Origin: a virus | Lineage: Duplodnaviria > Caudoviricetes | Length of the DNA stretch: 63,466 nt | Direction: 5' to 3' (one strand) | Virus record (IMG/VR): IMGVR_UViG_3300030060_007512 | Location: 1 to 63,466 of that record | Part shown: positions 30,619-40,430 of the stretch, in pieces | How the letters are laid out: every line of letters starts with the position of its first letter | Position numbering within the stretch: the stretch's first letter is position 1 | Program-made: the position numbers and the translations under genes | The notes under the pieces: generated by a model | The model's database searches: none | Seen by the model: the letters and a program-made list of their open reading frames with translations, nothing else | Told to the model about the DNA's origin: nothing

Positions 30619-33021
30619 ATGAATAGAGAACAAAATTTAGGAACTTGGTTAGCTGATCAAATAATATCAGAAGAGAAAACAACTATAAAAAATATAGTTG
30701 CTATCTATCCTGGAAGATTTCAGCCTATGGGAAAACATCATGCTGAAACTTATAAATGGTTGAAATCCAAATTCAAAGACGCATGGGTTGTAACATCTGA
30801 TAAAGTAGACCTTCCTAAATCTCCTTTTTCATTTAATGAAAAGAAAAAAATTATAAACTCACATGGCATACGAAACGTTGTAAAAGTTAAAAATCCTTAT
30901 CAAGCCGTTGAACTACTAAAAAAATATGATCCAAAAACAACAGCAGCTGTATTTATGGTTGGTGCTAAAGATGCACAACGTTTAGGAGGTAAATTTTTTA
31001 GACCTTGGAAAGGAAAAGCTGAAGTAGGGTATAAAGATGGCGCTTATACTTTAATTGCTCCTCACGTTAGTTTGAAAGTACCAGGTTACGGAGAAATGTC
31101 AGGTACAGCGATAAGACAAGCGTTAGGTGCTAAAGCTATAGATAGTAAATCACGAGCTCAATTATTCAAACATATTTTTGGGCATATGAAAAATTATAAA
31201 CTTATTACCAAGAAGTTAGGTGTTAATGAATCTATACTAAATTTTATAGCTTCAGGAAGAGTTGAAAAAATTATAAAAGAGAGTAGTAATGTAGCAGGCG
31301 GTCATGTAGATGACGGTCCTCAAACATGGTATCAAACACAAAGACATTATAAACAATCTACTGATAGTATTGCAAAAAAGTTTGGTATGCAAGTTATAAA
31401 TTATCTTTCAGGAGATAGTGAATTACTTAAAGAACCATCTAGATATTCAAACACAAGACAGCCATCTAACTTTCCTTCTGGTGTTGCAGGTAAAACTACT
31501 ACAGTTGCTCCAAAAGAATATCCAAACATTACAGCTTATAGAAAATGGAAAGCAGAAAAAGATAAATTAGCTAAATCATTAGGTTACGAATTATTAAATT
31601 ATTTAGGAGCTGGTGAATCTACTAAACATCCAGAACCTAATAAAGAAGTAAAAATACCAACTAACGAAGAAATTAAAATTCCTATCGAAATAGGTGATAC
31701 TGTATTAGGTGGTAAATTTAAGAATAAAAAAATAGTCGTAAAAACTATTTCTAAAAATGAAAAAGGTGATATTTTAATAAACGGCAGACCATTATTAAAA
31801 TTTAGACTAATGAATGAAGGATTAATATTAGAAGGCGGTGCTTACGGGCATATGTCTCATCCTTTTGATGATAAAAAATTAACCTTTGGAGATTTCAAAC
31901 AAATGATAAATATTGCCCTTCAAGGTAAACTAAATCTTGAATCGGCTGCAACTGAAAAAACTGATGGTCAAAATTTATTTATTACATGGGATACTGAATT
32001 AAAAGCTGCTAGAAATAATGGTGATATTAAAAGAGGTGGAATGGATGCTAAAACCTTTGCTGCTAAATGGAAAGGCAGAGGTAATATAGAAAAAGCATTT
32101 ACTTATGCATTTAGAGATTTAAGTAAAGCTATATCTAGATTATCAGAGAAACAAAAATTAAAAATATTTAATGATGGTAATAACTGGATGAATATGGAAA
32201 TAATGTATCCTCAATCTGCTAACGTTATAGTTTATGATGCACCTAAATTACAATTTCATGGTGTATTAAGATATGAAAAAGGTGCTCCTGTAGGTACAGT
32301 AAAAGATGGTGCAAGAATACTAGCCGGTATGATTAAACAAGTTGATGCTAATATTCAAAAGAGTTTTAGTATAATAGGGCCTCATGTACTTAAAGTAAAG
32401 CCAGTTCAAAACTTTGGCGAAAAAATACCTTATTTTACTAAAAAATTACAAAAGCTTATGTCATCATATAATATGAAAGATTCTAATATGTTTGCTGATT
32501 ATCATCAAGCTTGGTGGGATAATTATATTGATAAAAACTTCAAAGGTTTAGAGAATAGAATTAAAATGGGATTAGTTAAACGCTGGGCGTTTTTTGATAA
32601 ATCATTTAGATTAAATGCTAAAAATATTGAAGATCAAGAATTAAGAGAAAAAATAATTGAATTTGATAAACAAAAGCATAAAGGCACAGTACAAGATACT
32701 ATGAAACCTTTTGAATTATTATTTTTTGAATTAGGTGTTGAAGTTCTAAAAAATGTAGAAAACTTTTTAGCTGTAAATCCTGATAAAGCTGTACAGAATA
32801 TAAAGAAGCAAGTATCTAAAGCTATTAGTGATGTTCGTAAAGGTGGTGATATTAAAAAATTAAATAGAATGGGACAACAATTAAATAAATTAAATTCTAT
32901 TGGTGGATGGAAAGCAGTAATACCATCTGAAGGGCTAGTATTTATATATAAAGGTAAAACATATAAACTTACAGGTGCATTTGGTCCTATAAATCAAATT
33001 GCAGGTATGATGACGTTTTAA
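30619..33021 (+). CDS. Multidomain protein: HIGH-family nucleotidyltransferase plus KxDG ligase-like domain
   Basis: IYPGRFQPMGKHH and MSGTAIRQ (cytidylyltransferase-like); GGAYGHMSHPFD...TEKTDGQN...EGLVF...YKLTG. Confidence 0.7.
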   Translation: MNREQNLGTWLADQIISEEKTTIKNIVAIYPGRFQPMGKHHAETYKWLKSKFKDAWVVTSDKVDLPKSPFSFNEKKKIINSHGIRNVVKVKNPYQAVELLKKYDPKTTAAVFMVGAKDAQRLGGKFFRPWKGKAEVGYKDGAYTLIAPHVSLKVPGYGEMSGTAIRQALGAKAIDSKSRAQLFKHIFGHMKNYKLITKKLGVNESILNFIASGRVEKIIKESSNVAGGHVDDGPQTWYQTQRHYKQSTDSIAKKFGMQVINYLSGDSELLKEPSRYSNTRQPSNFPSGVAGKTTTVAPKEYPNITAYRKWKAEKDKLAKSLGYELLNYLGAGESTKHPEPNKEVKIPTNEEIKIPIEIGDTVLGGKFKNKKIVVKTISKNEKGDILINGRPLLKFRLMNEGLILEGGAYGHMSHPFDDKKLTFGDFKQMINIALQGKLNLESAATEKTDGQNLFITWDTELKAARNNGDIKRGGMDAKTFAAKWKGRGNIEKAFTYAFRDLSKAISRLSEKQKLKIFNDGNNWMNMEIMYPQSANVIVYDAPKLQFHGVLRYEKGAPVGTVKDGARILAGMIKQVDANIQKSFSIIGPHVLKVKPVQNFGEKIPYFTKKLQKLMSSYNMKDSNMFADYHQAWWDNYIDKNFKGLENRIKMGLVKRWAFFDKSFRLNAKNIEDQELREKIIEFDKQKHKGTVQDTMKPFELLFFELGVEVLKNVENFLAVNPDKAVQNIKKQVSKAISDVRKGGDIKKLNRMGQQLNKLNSIGGWKAVIPSEGLVFIYKGKTYKLTGAFGPINQIAGMMTF

Positions 33022-33029
33022 GGGTTATT

Positions 33030-33602
33030 ATGAGAAAAGGAATATCAACAAGTAAAGTAAAAAGAATGAGAAATTTAGTTTCAGGTAACTTTAGTTCTAA
33101 AACTAAAATTCGTAGTGGGTATTTGAAAAAAGAAGATAGTCGTAAAGAAGGCGATGTTTGGAAAGAAAGAGGAAAAACTTGGACTATAAAAAATGGTATT
33201 AAGCGTACAATTAATAAAATGGATAATGCTAGAAAATTAATTAATATACCACTATCTTGCCCTAAATGTATTAATTCACTTTCACACCCTGCTCATAAAA
33301 AAATGTTTAGACGTTGGGGTATGTGTTTAACTTGCGTTACAAAATGGGAGCAAGAAATGATTGATAATGGTACATATAAAGAATGGTCTAGTCAATTTGA
33401 TAGTGATAATTTTAACGCGTTTATAAAAGATATAAAGGTAGAGTATGATGAGTGGTTAGAATCAAGAAACTCTAAACAATTTATTACTGAAGCAGGCGAT
33501 ATTGAAGACTGGAATGGTGGTAAAGATTCTGAAACACTTAAAGAAGAATTTAACGAAAATTTAGAAAAATTAATTGAGAAGAGAAATGGCCAGACTGACT
33601 AA
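33030..33602 (+). CDS. Hypothetical zinc-finger protein
   Basis: CPKC...CLTC; EGDVWKERGKTWTIKNG. Confidence 0.6.
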   Translation: MRKGISTSKVKRMRNLVSGNFSSKTKIRSGYLKKEDSRKEGDVWKERGKTWTIKNGIKRTINKMDNARKLINIPLSCPKCINSLSHPAHKKMFRRWGMCLTCVTKWEQEMIDNGTYKEWSSQFDSDNFNAFIKDIKVEYDEWLESRNSKQFITEAGDIEDWNGGKDSETLKEEFNENLEKLIEKRNGQTD

Positions 33603-33840
33603 TGAACATTTAAGTAACGAAATTAATTTAGTAAAGCAAGAGCTTGAATATCTAAAAAAGAATCAAGATAAAATGCAAGCTGATCTTTCTATGATTAAAG
33701 AACGTCTACTAAATCCTGACGAAGGTACTATAGCTAGAGTAAATAAGAATACTCAGTTTAGAAAATCTACTACAAAGGTTTTATGGTCAATTTGGATAGC
33801 ACTAATTGGAATATTAACTAAAATGATATTTTGGGATTAA
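33586..33840 (+). CDS. Small membrane protein, holin candidate
   Basis: Coiled coil plus one C-terminal transmembrane helix (VLWSIWIALIGILTKMIFW). Confidence 0.45.
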   Translation: MARLTNEHLSNEINLVKQELEYLKKNQDKMQADLSMIKERLLNPDEGTIARVNKNTQFRKSTTKVLWSIWIALIGILTKMIFWD

Positions 33841-33842
33841 TT

Positions 33843-34256
33843 ATGAAAATAAAAGATTTAATAAAAGAAGAAGTACAAAAGATGTTAGAAGCATCTATGA
33901 CAAAAGGATTTAGAAAAGCAGTTGAAGCTCTTCAAGATATTCAACTTAAACAACAGAAATTAAGAAAAGCTTTTGTTGCAGAAAAAAATCCTAAAAAGAA
34001 AGATAAATTAAAACAAGCTCTTATTAATATGCATAAAATCGTTCAGAAAGCTGAACTTGACTTTAATAGAGCTATTTCTAATGAACCTGTTGATTTAGAA
34101 GAAATAGATGTAAGAAAAACTCATGGTGATAGAAGAATTGAAAACCCTAAGACAGGCAATGATGTTAAATTAAGAACAGCGCTAAAGGCAAAAAAAGGTA
34201 CTCAAGTTTATCAAAAAGCTAGAAAAATTTATAATAGATTAAAAGATAAGGAGTAA
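33843..34256 (+). CDS. Hypothetical protein, possible internal head protein
   Basis: N-terminal MKIKDLIKEEVQKMLEA; basic. Confidence 0.5.
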   Translation: MKIKDLIKEEVQKMLEASMTKGFRKAVEALQDIQLKQQKLRKAFVAEKNPKKKDKLKQALINMHKIVQKAELDFNRAISNEPVDLEEIDVRKTHGDRRIENPKTGNDVKLRTALKAKKGTQVYQKARKIYNRLKDKE

Positions 34257-34260
34257 GATT

Positions 34261-34557
34261 ATGAAAAAGTTATGGCAAGTATTATTAGGTATTGGAGCAA
34301 TTATTTTAGGTATTTTTGCTATGTCAGCAGGACGTGGTAATAAAAAACAATTCAAAAAAGACCTTAAAGATAATAAAAAGAAAATTAAGGATATAAAAAA
34401 GAAAACTGAACAATCTAAAAAGGAAAAGAAGAAGATAGAAGAAAAAGTTGTTAAGCAAGATAAAAAAATAAAAGATACTAAAAGTAAAGTAAAATCAACT
34501 AAATCAGCTAAAAAAACTGTTTCTGATTTTAAGAATAAATATAGGAGTAAAAAGTAA
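34261..34557 (+). CDS. Membrane-anchored Lys-rich coiled-coil protein (i-spanin candidate)
   Basis: N-terminal transmembrane helix LWQVLLGIGAIILGIFAM followed by coiled coil. Confidence 0.45.
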   Translation: MKKLWQVLLGIGAIILGIFAMSAGRGNKKQFKKDLKDNKKKIKDIKKKTEQSKKEKKKIEEKVVKQDKKIKDTKSKVKSTKSAKKTVSDFKNKYRSKK

Positions 34558-34952
34558 TGAAAAAAATATTATATATTTTAGGAATTATATTATTAGCGTC
34601 TTGCGCTGCTCCTAAAAAATGTTGTGCTCAAGATAAAATAGTTAAAATACCTCAATCTGAATTAGATGCATTCTTTCTAGCAGTTGATACTTTAGAATAC
34701 CAAGATTCTATTAAAACTGTATTAATCGCAGATCTTGAATTACAATTATTAAATAAGACTAATCTTAATTTTACCAATGAAACTATAATTCTAAATCAAA
34801 ATTATGAAATCGAAATGCTTAATGACCAAATTAAACTATATTCAGATAGATTAAAAATAACTGATAAGTGGTATAATAAAAGGTGGTTTGGTGTTGTAGT
34901 CGGCGTTGTAGGAACATCGACAGCAATTTACTTGGCAGGTCAAATTCAATAA
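34557..34952 (+). CDS. Lipoprotein with C-terminal hydrophobic helix (spanin candidate)
   Basis: MKK-hydrophobic-LLASC lipobox; C-terminal WFGVVVGVVGTSTAIYLAG. Confidence 0.5.
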   Translation: MKKILYILGIILLASCAAPKKCCAQDKIVKIPQSELDAFFLAVDTLEYQDSIKTVLIADLELQLLNKTNLNFTNETIILNQNYEIEMLNDQIKLYSDRLKITDKWYNKRWFGVVVGVVGTSTAIYLAGQIQ

Positions 34953-34978
34953 TTTAATTTCTATATATTTATATATAC

Positions 34979-36559
34979 ATGGCTAAAGATATAAAACAAA
35001 TAATACAATCAGAGTATATAAAGTGCGCAAAAGATCCTGTACACTTTATGAGGAAGTATTGTAAAATTCAACACCCAACCCGGGGTAAAATAAATTTTGA
35101 TTTATATCCATTTCAAGAAAAAGCTCTTACGCAGTTCAAAGATCATGATTATAATATTATTCTTAAATCACGTCAATTAGGTATATCTACTCTTACAGCG
35201 GGATACACTCTATGGGGTATGATATTTAATGCTGATTTTAACGCATTAGTTATTGCAATTAAACAAGATACAGCAAAAAATCTTGTAACTAAAATACGTG
35301 TAATGCATGAAAATTTACCATCGTGGTTAAAAGGTCAAGTATTAGAAGATAATAAATTATCATTACGATTAAAAAATGGCTCTCAAGTTAAAGCTGTTTC
35401 TTCTTCTCCTGATGCAGGTAGATCAGAAGCACTATCTTTACTAGTTATTGATGAGGCAGCATTTATTGATGGTATTGATGAAATATGGACTTCAGCACAA
35501 CAAACTCTTGCTACCGGTGGTAGATGTATTGCGTTATCAACACCTAATGGAGTAGGTAATTGGTTTCATAAAGAATGGGTAAAAGCTGAAAACGGCGAAA
35601 ATAAATTCAGTACTATTAGATTACACTGGACAGTGCATCCTGAACGTAATCAAACATGGAGAGATGAACAAGATGTAATTTTAGGTACTGATCAAGCAGC
35701 TCAAGAATGTGATTGTGATTTTATTTCATCTGGTAATTCAGTTATACCCGGTCCTTTATTAGAATGGTATAAAACTAATATGTGTCAAGATCCTGTTGAA
35801 AAACGAGGTCATGATAATTCATACTGGGTATGGGAATATCCTAATTATACAAAAGATTATGTTGTTGTAGCAGACGTTGCAAGAGGTGATGGTGCAGACT
35901 ACTCTACCTTTCATGTTATTGATATTGAGTCAGTTACTCAAGTAGCTGAATATAAAGGTCAAATAGGTGTTAAAGAGTTTGGTAATATGTTAGTAAATGT
36001 TGCTACTGAATATAATGAAGCATTATTAGTAGTTGAGAACGCTAATATAGGATGGGCAGCTTTACAACCTGCAATAGATAGAGGCTATAGAAATTTATAT
36101 TATACATATAAACACGATGGTGTTGTTGATCCTGAAGTTCAGCTTAAAAAAGGCTATGATATGAAAGATAAATCACAAATGGTACCAGGTTTTACAACAT
36201 CTGCTAGGACTAGACCACTTTTGATATCAAAGCTAGATATTTATTTTAGAGAAAAAGCGTGTGTTGTGCGTTCGACTAGACTTATTGACGAACTGTTTGT
36301 TTTCGTTTGGAGAGGTTCTAGACCGGAAGCACAATCTGGGTATAACGATGATTTAGTAATGGCATTCTCTATTGCTATGTATATTCGTGATACAGCTTTG
36401 AAATTAAGAAACGAAGGATTAGAACTTAATAAAAGAGCTATAGGATTGATGGGAACAAATACATCATACAATGGAGTTTACACGCAAAAAACTGATCCTG
36501 ACGATTCATGGAATATGAATTTAGGAAACAACAAAGAAGATTTAACATGGTTATTATAA
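34979..36559 (+). CDS. terL: Terminase large subunit (T4 gp17-like)
   Basis: LYPFQ, KSRQLGIST Walker A, LVIDEAAF Walker B, STPNG, ADVARG..DYS, DDLVMA. Confidence 0.95.
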   Translation: MAKDIKQIIQSEYIKCAKDPVHFMRKYCKIQHPTRGKINFDLYPFQEKALTQFKDHDYNIILKSRQLGISTLTAGYTLWGMIFNADFNALVIAIKQDTAKNLVTKIRVMHENLPSWLKGQVLEDNKLSLRLKNGSQVKAVSSSPDAGRSEALSLLVIDEAAFIDGIDEIWTSAQQTLATGGRCIALSTPNGVGNWFHKEWVKAENGENKFSTIRLHWTVHPERNQTWRDEQDVILGTDQAAQECDCDFISSGNSVIPGPLLEWYKTNMCQDPVEKRGHDNSYWVWEYPNYTKDYVVVADVARGDGADYSTFHVIDIESVTQVAEYKGQIGVKEFGNMLVNVATEYNEALLVVENANIGWAALQPAIDRGYRNLYYTYKHDGVVDPEVQLKKGYDMKDKSQMVPGFTTSARTRPLLISKLDIYFREKACVVRSTRLIDELFVFVWRGSRPEAQSGYNDDLVMAFSIAMYIRDTALKLRNEGLELNKRAIGLMGTNTSYNGVYTQKTDPDDSWNMNLGNNKEDLTWLL

Positions 36560-36571
36560 GGAGTATAAAAA

Positions 36572-38341
36572 ATGGCAGATAAGACTTTTTTTGGAAGACT
36601 GCAAACATTATTTTCAACTAATGCAGTAGTACGTAGAGTTGGAACAAATAAATTAAAGGTTATAGATGTAAATAAAGTTCAATCTAATAGTGGATTAGCA
36701 ACTAATAGACTCATAGATAGATATACTAAACTACACGGCTCATTAAGTAATTTAACATATAATCAATATCAAAATTATCAAGTACAAAGATTAAATTTAT
36801 TTACTGACTATGAATCGATGGATGATGATTCTATTATTTCTTCAGCATTAGATATTTATGCTGATGAATCCACTATAAAAAATGAATTCGATCAAGTATT
36901 AAGTATAAATTGTAAAGATCAAGATATTGAAAAAATATTACATAATTTATTCTATGATGTACTTAATATTGAATTTAATCTATGGCCTTGGATACGTAAT
37001 ATGTGTAAGTATGGTGACTTTTACTTAAAGTTAGATATTACTGAAAAATTAGGTGTAACAAATGCACAACCAATTTCAACTTATGAAATGGTAAGAGAAG
37101 AAGGCACCGACCCTGCTAAACCTGAGTATGTTAAATTTGTGCATGATATTTCATTAGCTGGTCAATCATCTAGTGGAGGTCAAACAACTAGAAAAGATTT
37201 TGAAAACTATGAAGTAGCTCACTTTAGATTATTGTCTGATACTAACTTTTTACCTTATGGTAAATCAATGCTTGAAGGTGCTAGAAAAGTTTGGAAACAA
37301 TTAACTCTTATGGAAGATGCTATGATGATTCATAGAATTATGCGTGCACCTGAAAAGAGAGTATTTAAGATAGATATAGGTAATATACCTCCTAATGAAG
37401 TTGATAACTATATGAGACAGGTTATCGATAAAATGAAAAAAACTCCTTATATAGACCAAACAACTGGTGAATATAATCTTAAGTTTAATATGCAAAATAT
37501 GCTAGAAGATTTTTACTTACCTGTAAGAGGTGGTCAGTCAGGTACTGAAATAGATTCATTATCAGGTATGGAATTTGGTGGTATTGAAGATGTTGATTAT
37601 CTTAAAAATAAAATATTTGCAGGGCTAAAAATACCTAAAGCATTTTTAGGGTATGATGAAACTACAGAAGGTAAAGCTACATTAGCTGCTGAAGATGTAA
37701 GATTTGCAAGAACTATAGAACGTATACAAAGAATAGTAACTTCTGAACTTACTAAAATTGCTATAGTACATCTATACTCACAAGGATATACTGATGAAAA
37801 ATTAGTTGATTTTAGTTTAGGATTAACTAACTCTTCAACTATTTACCAACAAGAAAAGATATCACTTTGGAAAGAAAAAGTTGATCTTGCTAGAGATATG
37901 AAAGATGGTAAAATGATGTCTGAAGAGTGGGTATATAAAAATATCTTTAATATGTCAGATCAAGAAATTGAAAAAGAAAGAGCGAGTGTTATTGAAGATG
38001 TTAAGCAAGCATTTAGAAAAACTAAAATTGAAGACGAAGGTGAAGATCCAGCTGCTGATCCAAAAATACAGCCAGATGATGATGAACCAACTGAATCATC
38101 AATTAACCCTGTTGGAAGACCACCTGAAGGTACTAAATATGGTACACAAGATCATGTTAGAGGTTCAGATCCTACAGGAAATGGCACGCGTATAAGAGAT
38201 ATTAAGAATAGAGATAGAAGCATAAAACATACATATAGAGAGAATATCGACTCTTTACTTAAAAGTATAGACAAAAACAAAAAACCATCATTATTAAGTG
38301 AAAATAATTTGATAGATGATGATTCTTTGCAAACAAGTTGA
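36572..38341 (+). CDS. Portal protein (T4 gp20-like)
   Basis: LMEDAMMIHRIMRAPEKRVFKIDIGN.P, EDFYLPVRG, GTEIDSL, LKIPKAFL. Confidence 0.93.
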   Translation: MADKTFFGRLQTLFSTNAVVRRVGTNKLKVIDVNKVQSNSGLATNRLIDRYTKLHGSLSNLTYNQYQNYQVQRLNLFTDYESMDDDSIISSALDIYADESTIKNEFDQVLSINCKDQDIEKILHNLFYDVLNIEFNLWPWIRNMCKYGDFYLKLDITEKLGVTNAQPISTYEMVREEGTDPAKPEYVKFVHDISLAGQSSSGGQTTRKDFENYEVAHFRLLSDTNFLPYGKSMLEGARKVWKQLTLMEDAMMIHRIMRAPEKRVFKIDIGNIPPNEVDNYMRQVIDKMKKTPYIDQTTGEYNLKFNMQNMLEDFYLPVRGGQSGTEIDSLSGMEFGGIEDVDYLKNKIFAGLKIPKAFLGYDETTEGKATLAAEDVRFARTIERIQRIVTSELTKIAIVHLYSQGYTDEKLVDFSLGLTNSSTIYQQEKISLWKEKVDLARDMKDGKMMSEEWVYKNIFNMSDQEIEKERASVIEDVKQAFRKTKIEDEGEDPAADPKIQPDDDEPTESSINPVGRPPEGTKYGTQDHVRGSDPTGNGTRIRDIKNRDRSIKHTYRENIDSLLKSIDKNKKPSLLSENNLIDDDSLQTS

Positions 38342-38380
38342 TATTTATATAAGCATAGATGTATATATTGGAATAGTAAT

Positions 38381-39247
38381 ATGGCAAACATTAAACATAA
38401 TAAAATAAAAAATGTAGGTGTGTTATTCGAGTTACTTACTCGACAAATAACATCTGATACTATTAATGGTATTGGAAATTCACCAGCTATTTTTATTGTA
38501 AAAGAATTTTTTAACAAAAATTCGTATTTGAGTAAGGAATTAAATTTATATAAAGCGTTACAAGTTCAAAAATATAAAAATGAAGCTAGAGCTGAAAAAT
38601 TTATTGATGTTGTAGTTGCTGAACATAATAAACTATCAAGTGCTAAACTTAATAGAGAAAAATATAACCTTATAAAAGAAATAAAGTCAAAATACAATTT
38701 AGAAGATTTTTTCAAATCTCATGTTGCTAATTATAAATTAAATGCATCTATTTATAAAATACTTGAAAGTAAAAACAATAAAAGATTTTCTAATCCTATG
38801 AATGTAATGAAAAGTAGAGTTTTTCTTACTGAGCATATTCTTGAAAAATTTGGAAGTACTAAAAATACAAAAGAAACTATTATTAAAGAGTATTCTAAAC
38901 AAGATCAGGATTTAAGATTATTATCTTATAAAATTTTACTTGAGAAATTTAATAAAAAGTATGGTAAATTAAACGTTAAGCAGAAAAATTTACTAAAAGA
39001 ATATATTAATAATATATCTAATCTTTCTTCATTAAAAAAATATATTATTAAAGAAGTAAACACTGTAACTAAAGCTTTAAGTTTACTTACACCTAAAGTA
39101 AGTGATAAGGTTGTAAAGATAAAGCTTAAAGAAGTATCAGATCAATTAAAGCTTATAAAAAAAGAAAATAAAATAAGAGATAAGCATTTAGTCTCTGTAC
39201 TTCGTTCTTATAATTTAATTAAGGAGTTAAATAATGTCGTTAAATAA
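38381..39247 (+). CDS. Hypothetical helical head-module protein
   Basis: 288 aa between portal and protease; IKHNKIKNVGVLFELL N-terminus. Confidence 0.55.
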   Translation: MANIKHNKIKNVGVLFELLTRQITSDTINGIGNSPAIFIVKEFFNKNSYLSKELNLYKALQVQKYKNEARAEKFIDVVVAEHNKLSSAKLNREKYNLIKEIKSKYNLEDFFKSHVANYKLNASIYKILESKNNKRFSNPMNVMKSRVFLTEHILEKFGSTKNTKETIIKEYSKQDQDLRLLSYKILLEKFNKKYGKLNVKQKNLLKEYINNISNLSSLKKYIIKEVNTVTKALSLLTPKVSDKVVKIKLKEVSDQLKLIKKENKIRDKHLVSVLRSYNLIKELNNVVK

Positions 39248-39674
39248 ATTATTAGAAAAAAAATTAAAAGAAGTTGAAGAAGAACTAGAAGAAATATCTA
39301 CAACAGGCGCAGGTGAAGCATATAATACTAAATATGCATTTGGTGATTTAGATGATGATGATGTTGAAAAATCAGGGTATAAAAAAGTAAAAGAATCTAA
39401 ATTTAGAAAAATGGCATCTGCTTCTTTTCTTAATGAAGTTTCATATAATGAATATAAAAAGAATAATGATTTTTCAGCTAAACAAAAAGTTAATAAATCT
39501 ATAAAAGAAGTTAGTAGTAAACTTTTTAGAATTGAACGTATTATTAATCAGAATATAAAATTAAAAACAGAAGAAGGTATTGATAATAAACAGTACTGGA
39601 AATCTACTAGAAAAAATTTATATAAGATATCAGAACGTATGATGCGTATTGGTGAAAAATTAAGGAAATTCTAA
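39234..39674 (+). CDS. Hypothetical head-module protein
   Basis: AAGGAG SD; LEE, VKE and LNE motifs. Confidence 0.55.
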   Translation: MSLNKLLEKKLKEVEEELEEISTTGAGEAYNTKYAFGDLDDDDVEKSGYKKVKESKFRKMASASFLNEVSYNEYKKNNDFSAKQKVNKSIKEVSSKLFRIERIINQNIKLKTEEGIDNKQYWKSTRKNLYKISERMMRIGEKLRKF

Positions 39675-39800
39675 ATGAGCAAAGATATTATTAATGAAAA
39701 TATTACTATCGAAGAAATGCGAAAAATTATTCGCACCGAACTTGCTCGTATATTTTTCGATTTATACCGAAAACGTAGCACGTGGGAGAGATTAGGATGA
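39675..39800 (+). CDS. Unlisted 41-aa small ORF (MSKDIINENITIEEMRKIIRTELARIFFDLYRKRSTWERLG)
   Basis: Fills the gap exactly: TAA-ATG junction upstream, ATGA overlap with the protease downstream. Confidence 0.65.
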   Translation: MSKDIINENITIEEMRKIIRTELARIFFDLYRKRSTWERLG

Positions 39801-40426
39801 GTAAAACATTACTTATAGATTATACACCATTTGATATATCACCACAAATGATTATTGAATCTGAACAACAGAATAATGGTAGAGTTATTGTGTCAGGTGT
39901 GTTGCAACGTGCTGGTGCGAAAAATCAAAACGGAAGAGTATACCCAAAAGATATTCTAATGAGAGAAGTAAACGAATATAAAAAAGTTCAAATATCTGAA
40001 AGAAGAGCTTTAGGTGAATTAGATCACCCTGATACTTCTGTAGTTAATTTAGCTAACGCTTCTCATAATATATTAGATGTATGGTGGAACGGAGATGATG
40101 TAATGGGTAAAGTTGAAGTTCTTTCAACACCATCAGGTAATATACTTAAAGAGCTATTAAGATCAGGTATTAAACTTGGTATATCATCTAGAGGACTTGG
40201 TTCAGTAAAACAAATTAGTGAAGATACTGTTGCAGTACAAAATGATTTTGAATTAGTATGCTGGGATTTCGTTTCAAATCCATCAACACATGGAGCTTTC
40301 ATGAAGCCTATGAATGAATCAGTTGGCAGTAAAATTAAAAAAGATAAATTTTTCAAAGTAAATAATATTATTAGTGAAATGCTTTGCGACTTAACTTGCA
40401 AATGTGCATTACCTAATCAGGAGTAG
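39797..40426 (+). CDS. Prohead protease (T4 gp21-like)
   Basis: NQNGRVYP, ALGELDHP, GISSRGLGS, DFVSNPS; GGGAG SD favours ATG 39797. Confidence 0.93.
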   Translation: MSKTLLIDYTPFDISPQMIIESEQQNNGRVIVSGVLQRAGAKNQNGRVYPKDILMREVNEYKKVQISERRALGELDHPDTSVVNLANASHNILDVWWNGDDVMGKVEVLSTPSGNILKELLRSGIKLGISSRGLGSVKQISEDTVAVQNDFELVCWDFVSNPSTHGAFMKPMNESVGSKIKKDKFFKVNNIISEMLCDLTCKCALPNQE

Positions 40427-40430
40427 ATAA

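Noticed and set aside
34979-36559. Intein or intron in terminase or other core genes
   Set aside because: Normal lengths and contiguous motifs; no intein signatures noticed
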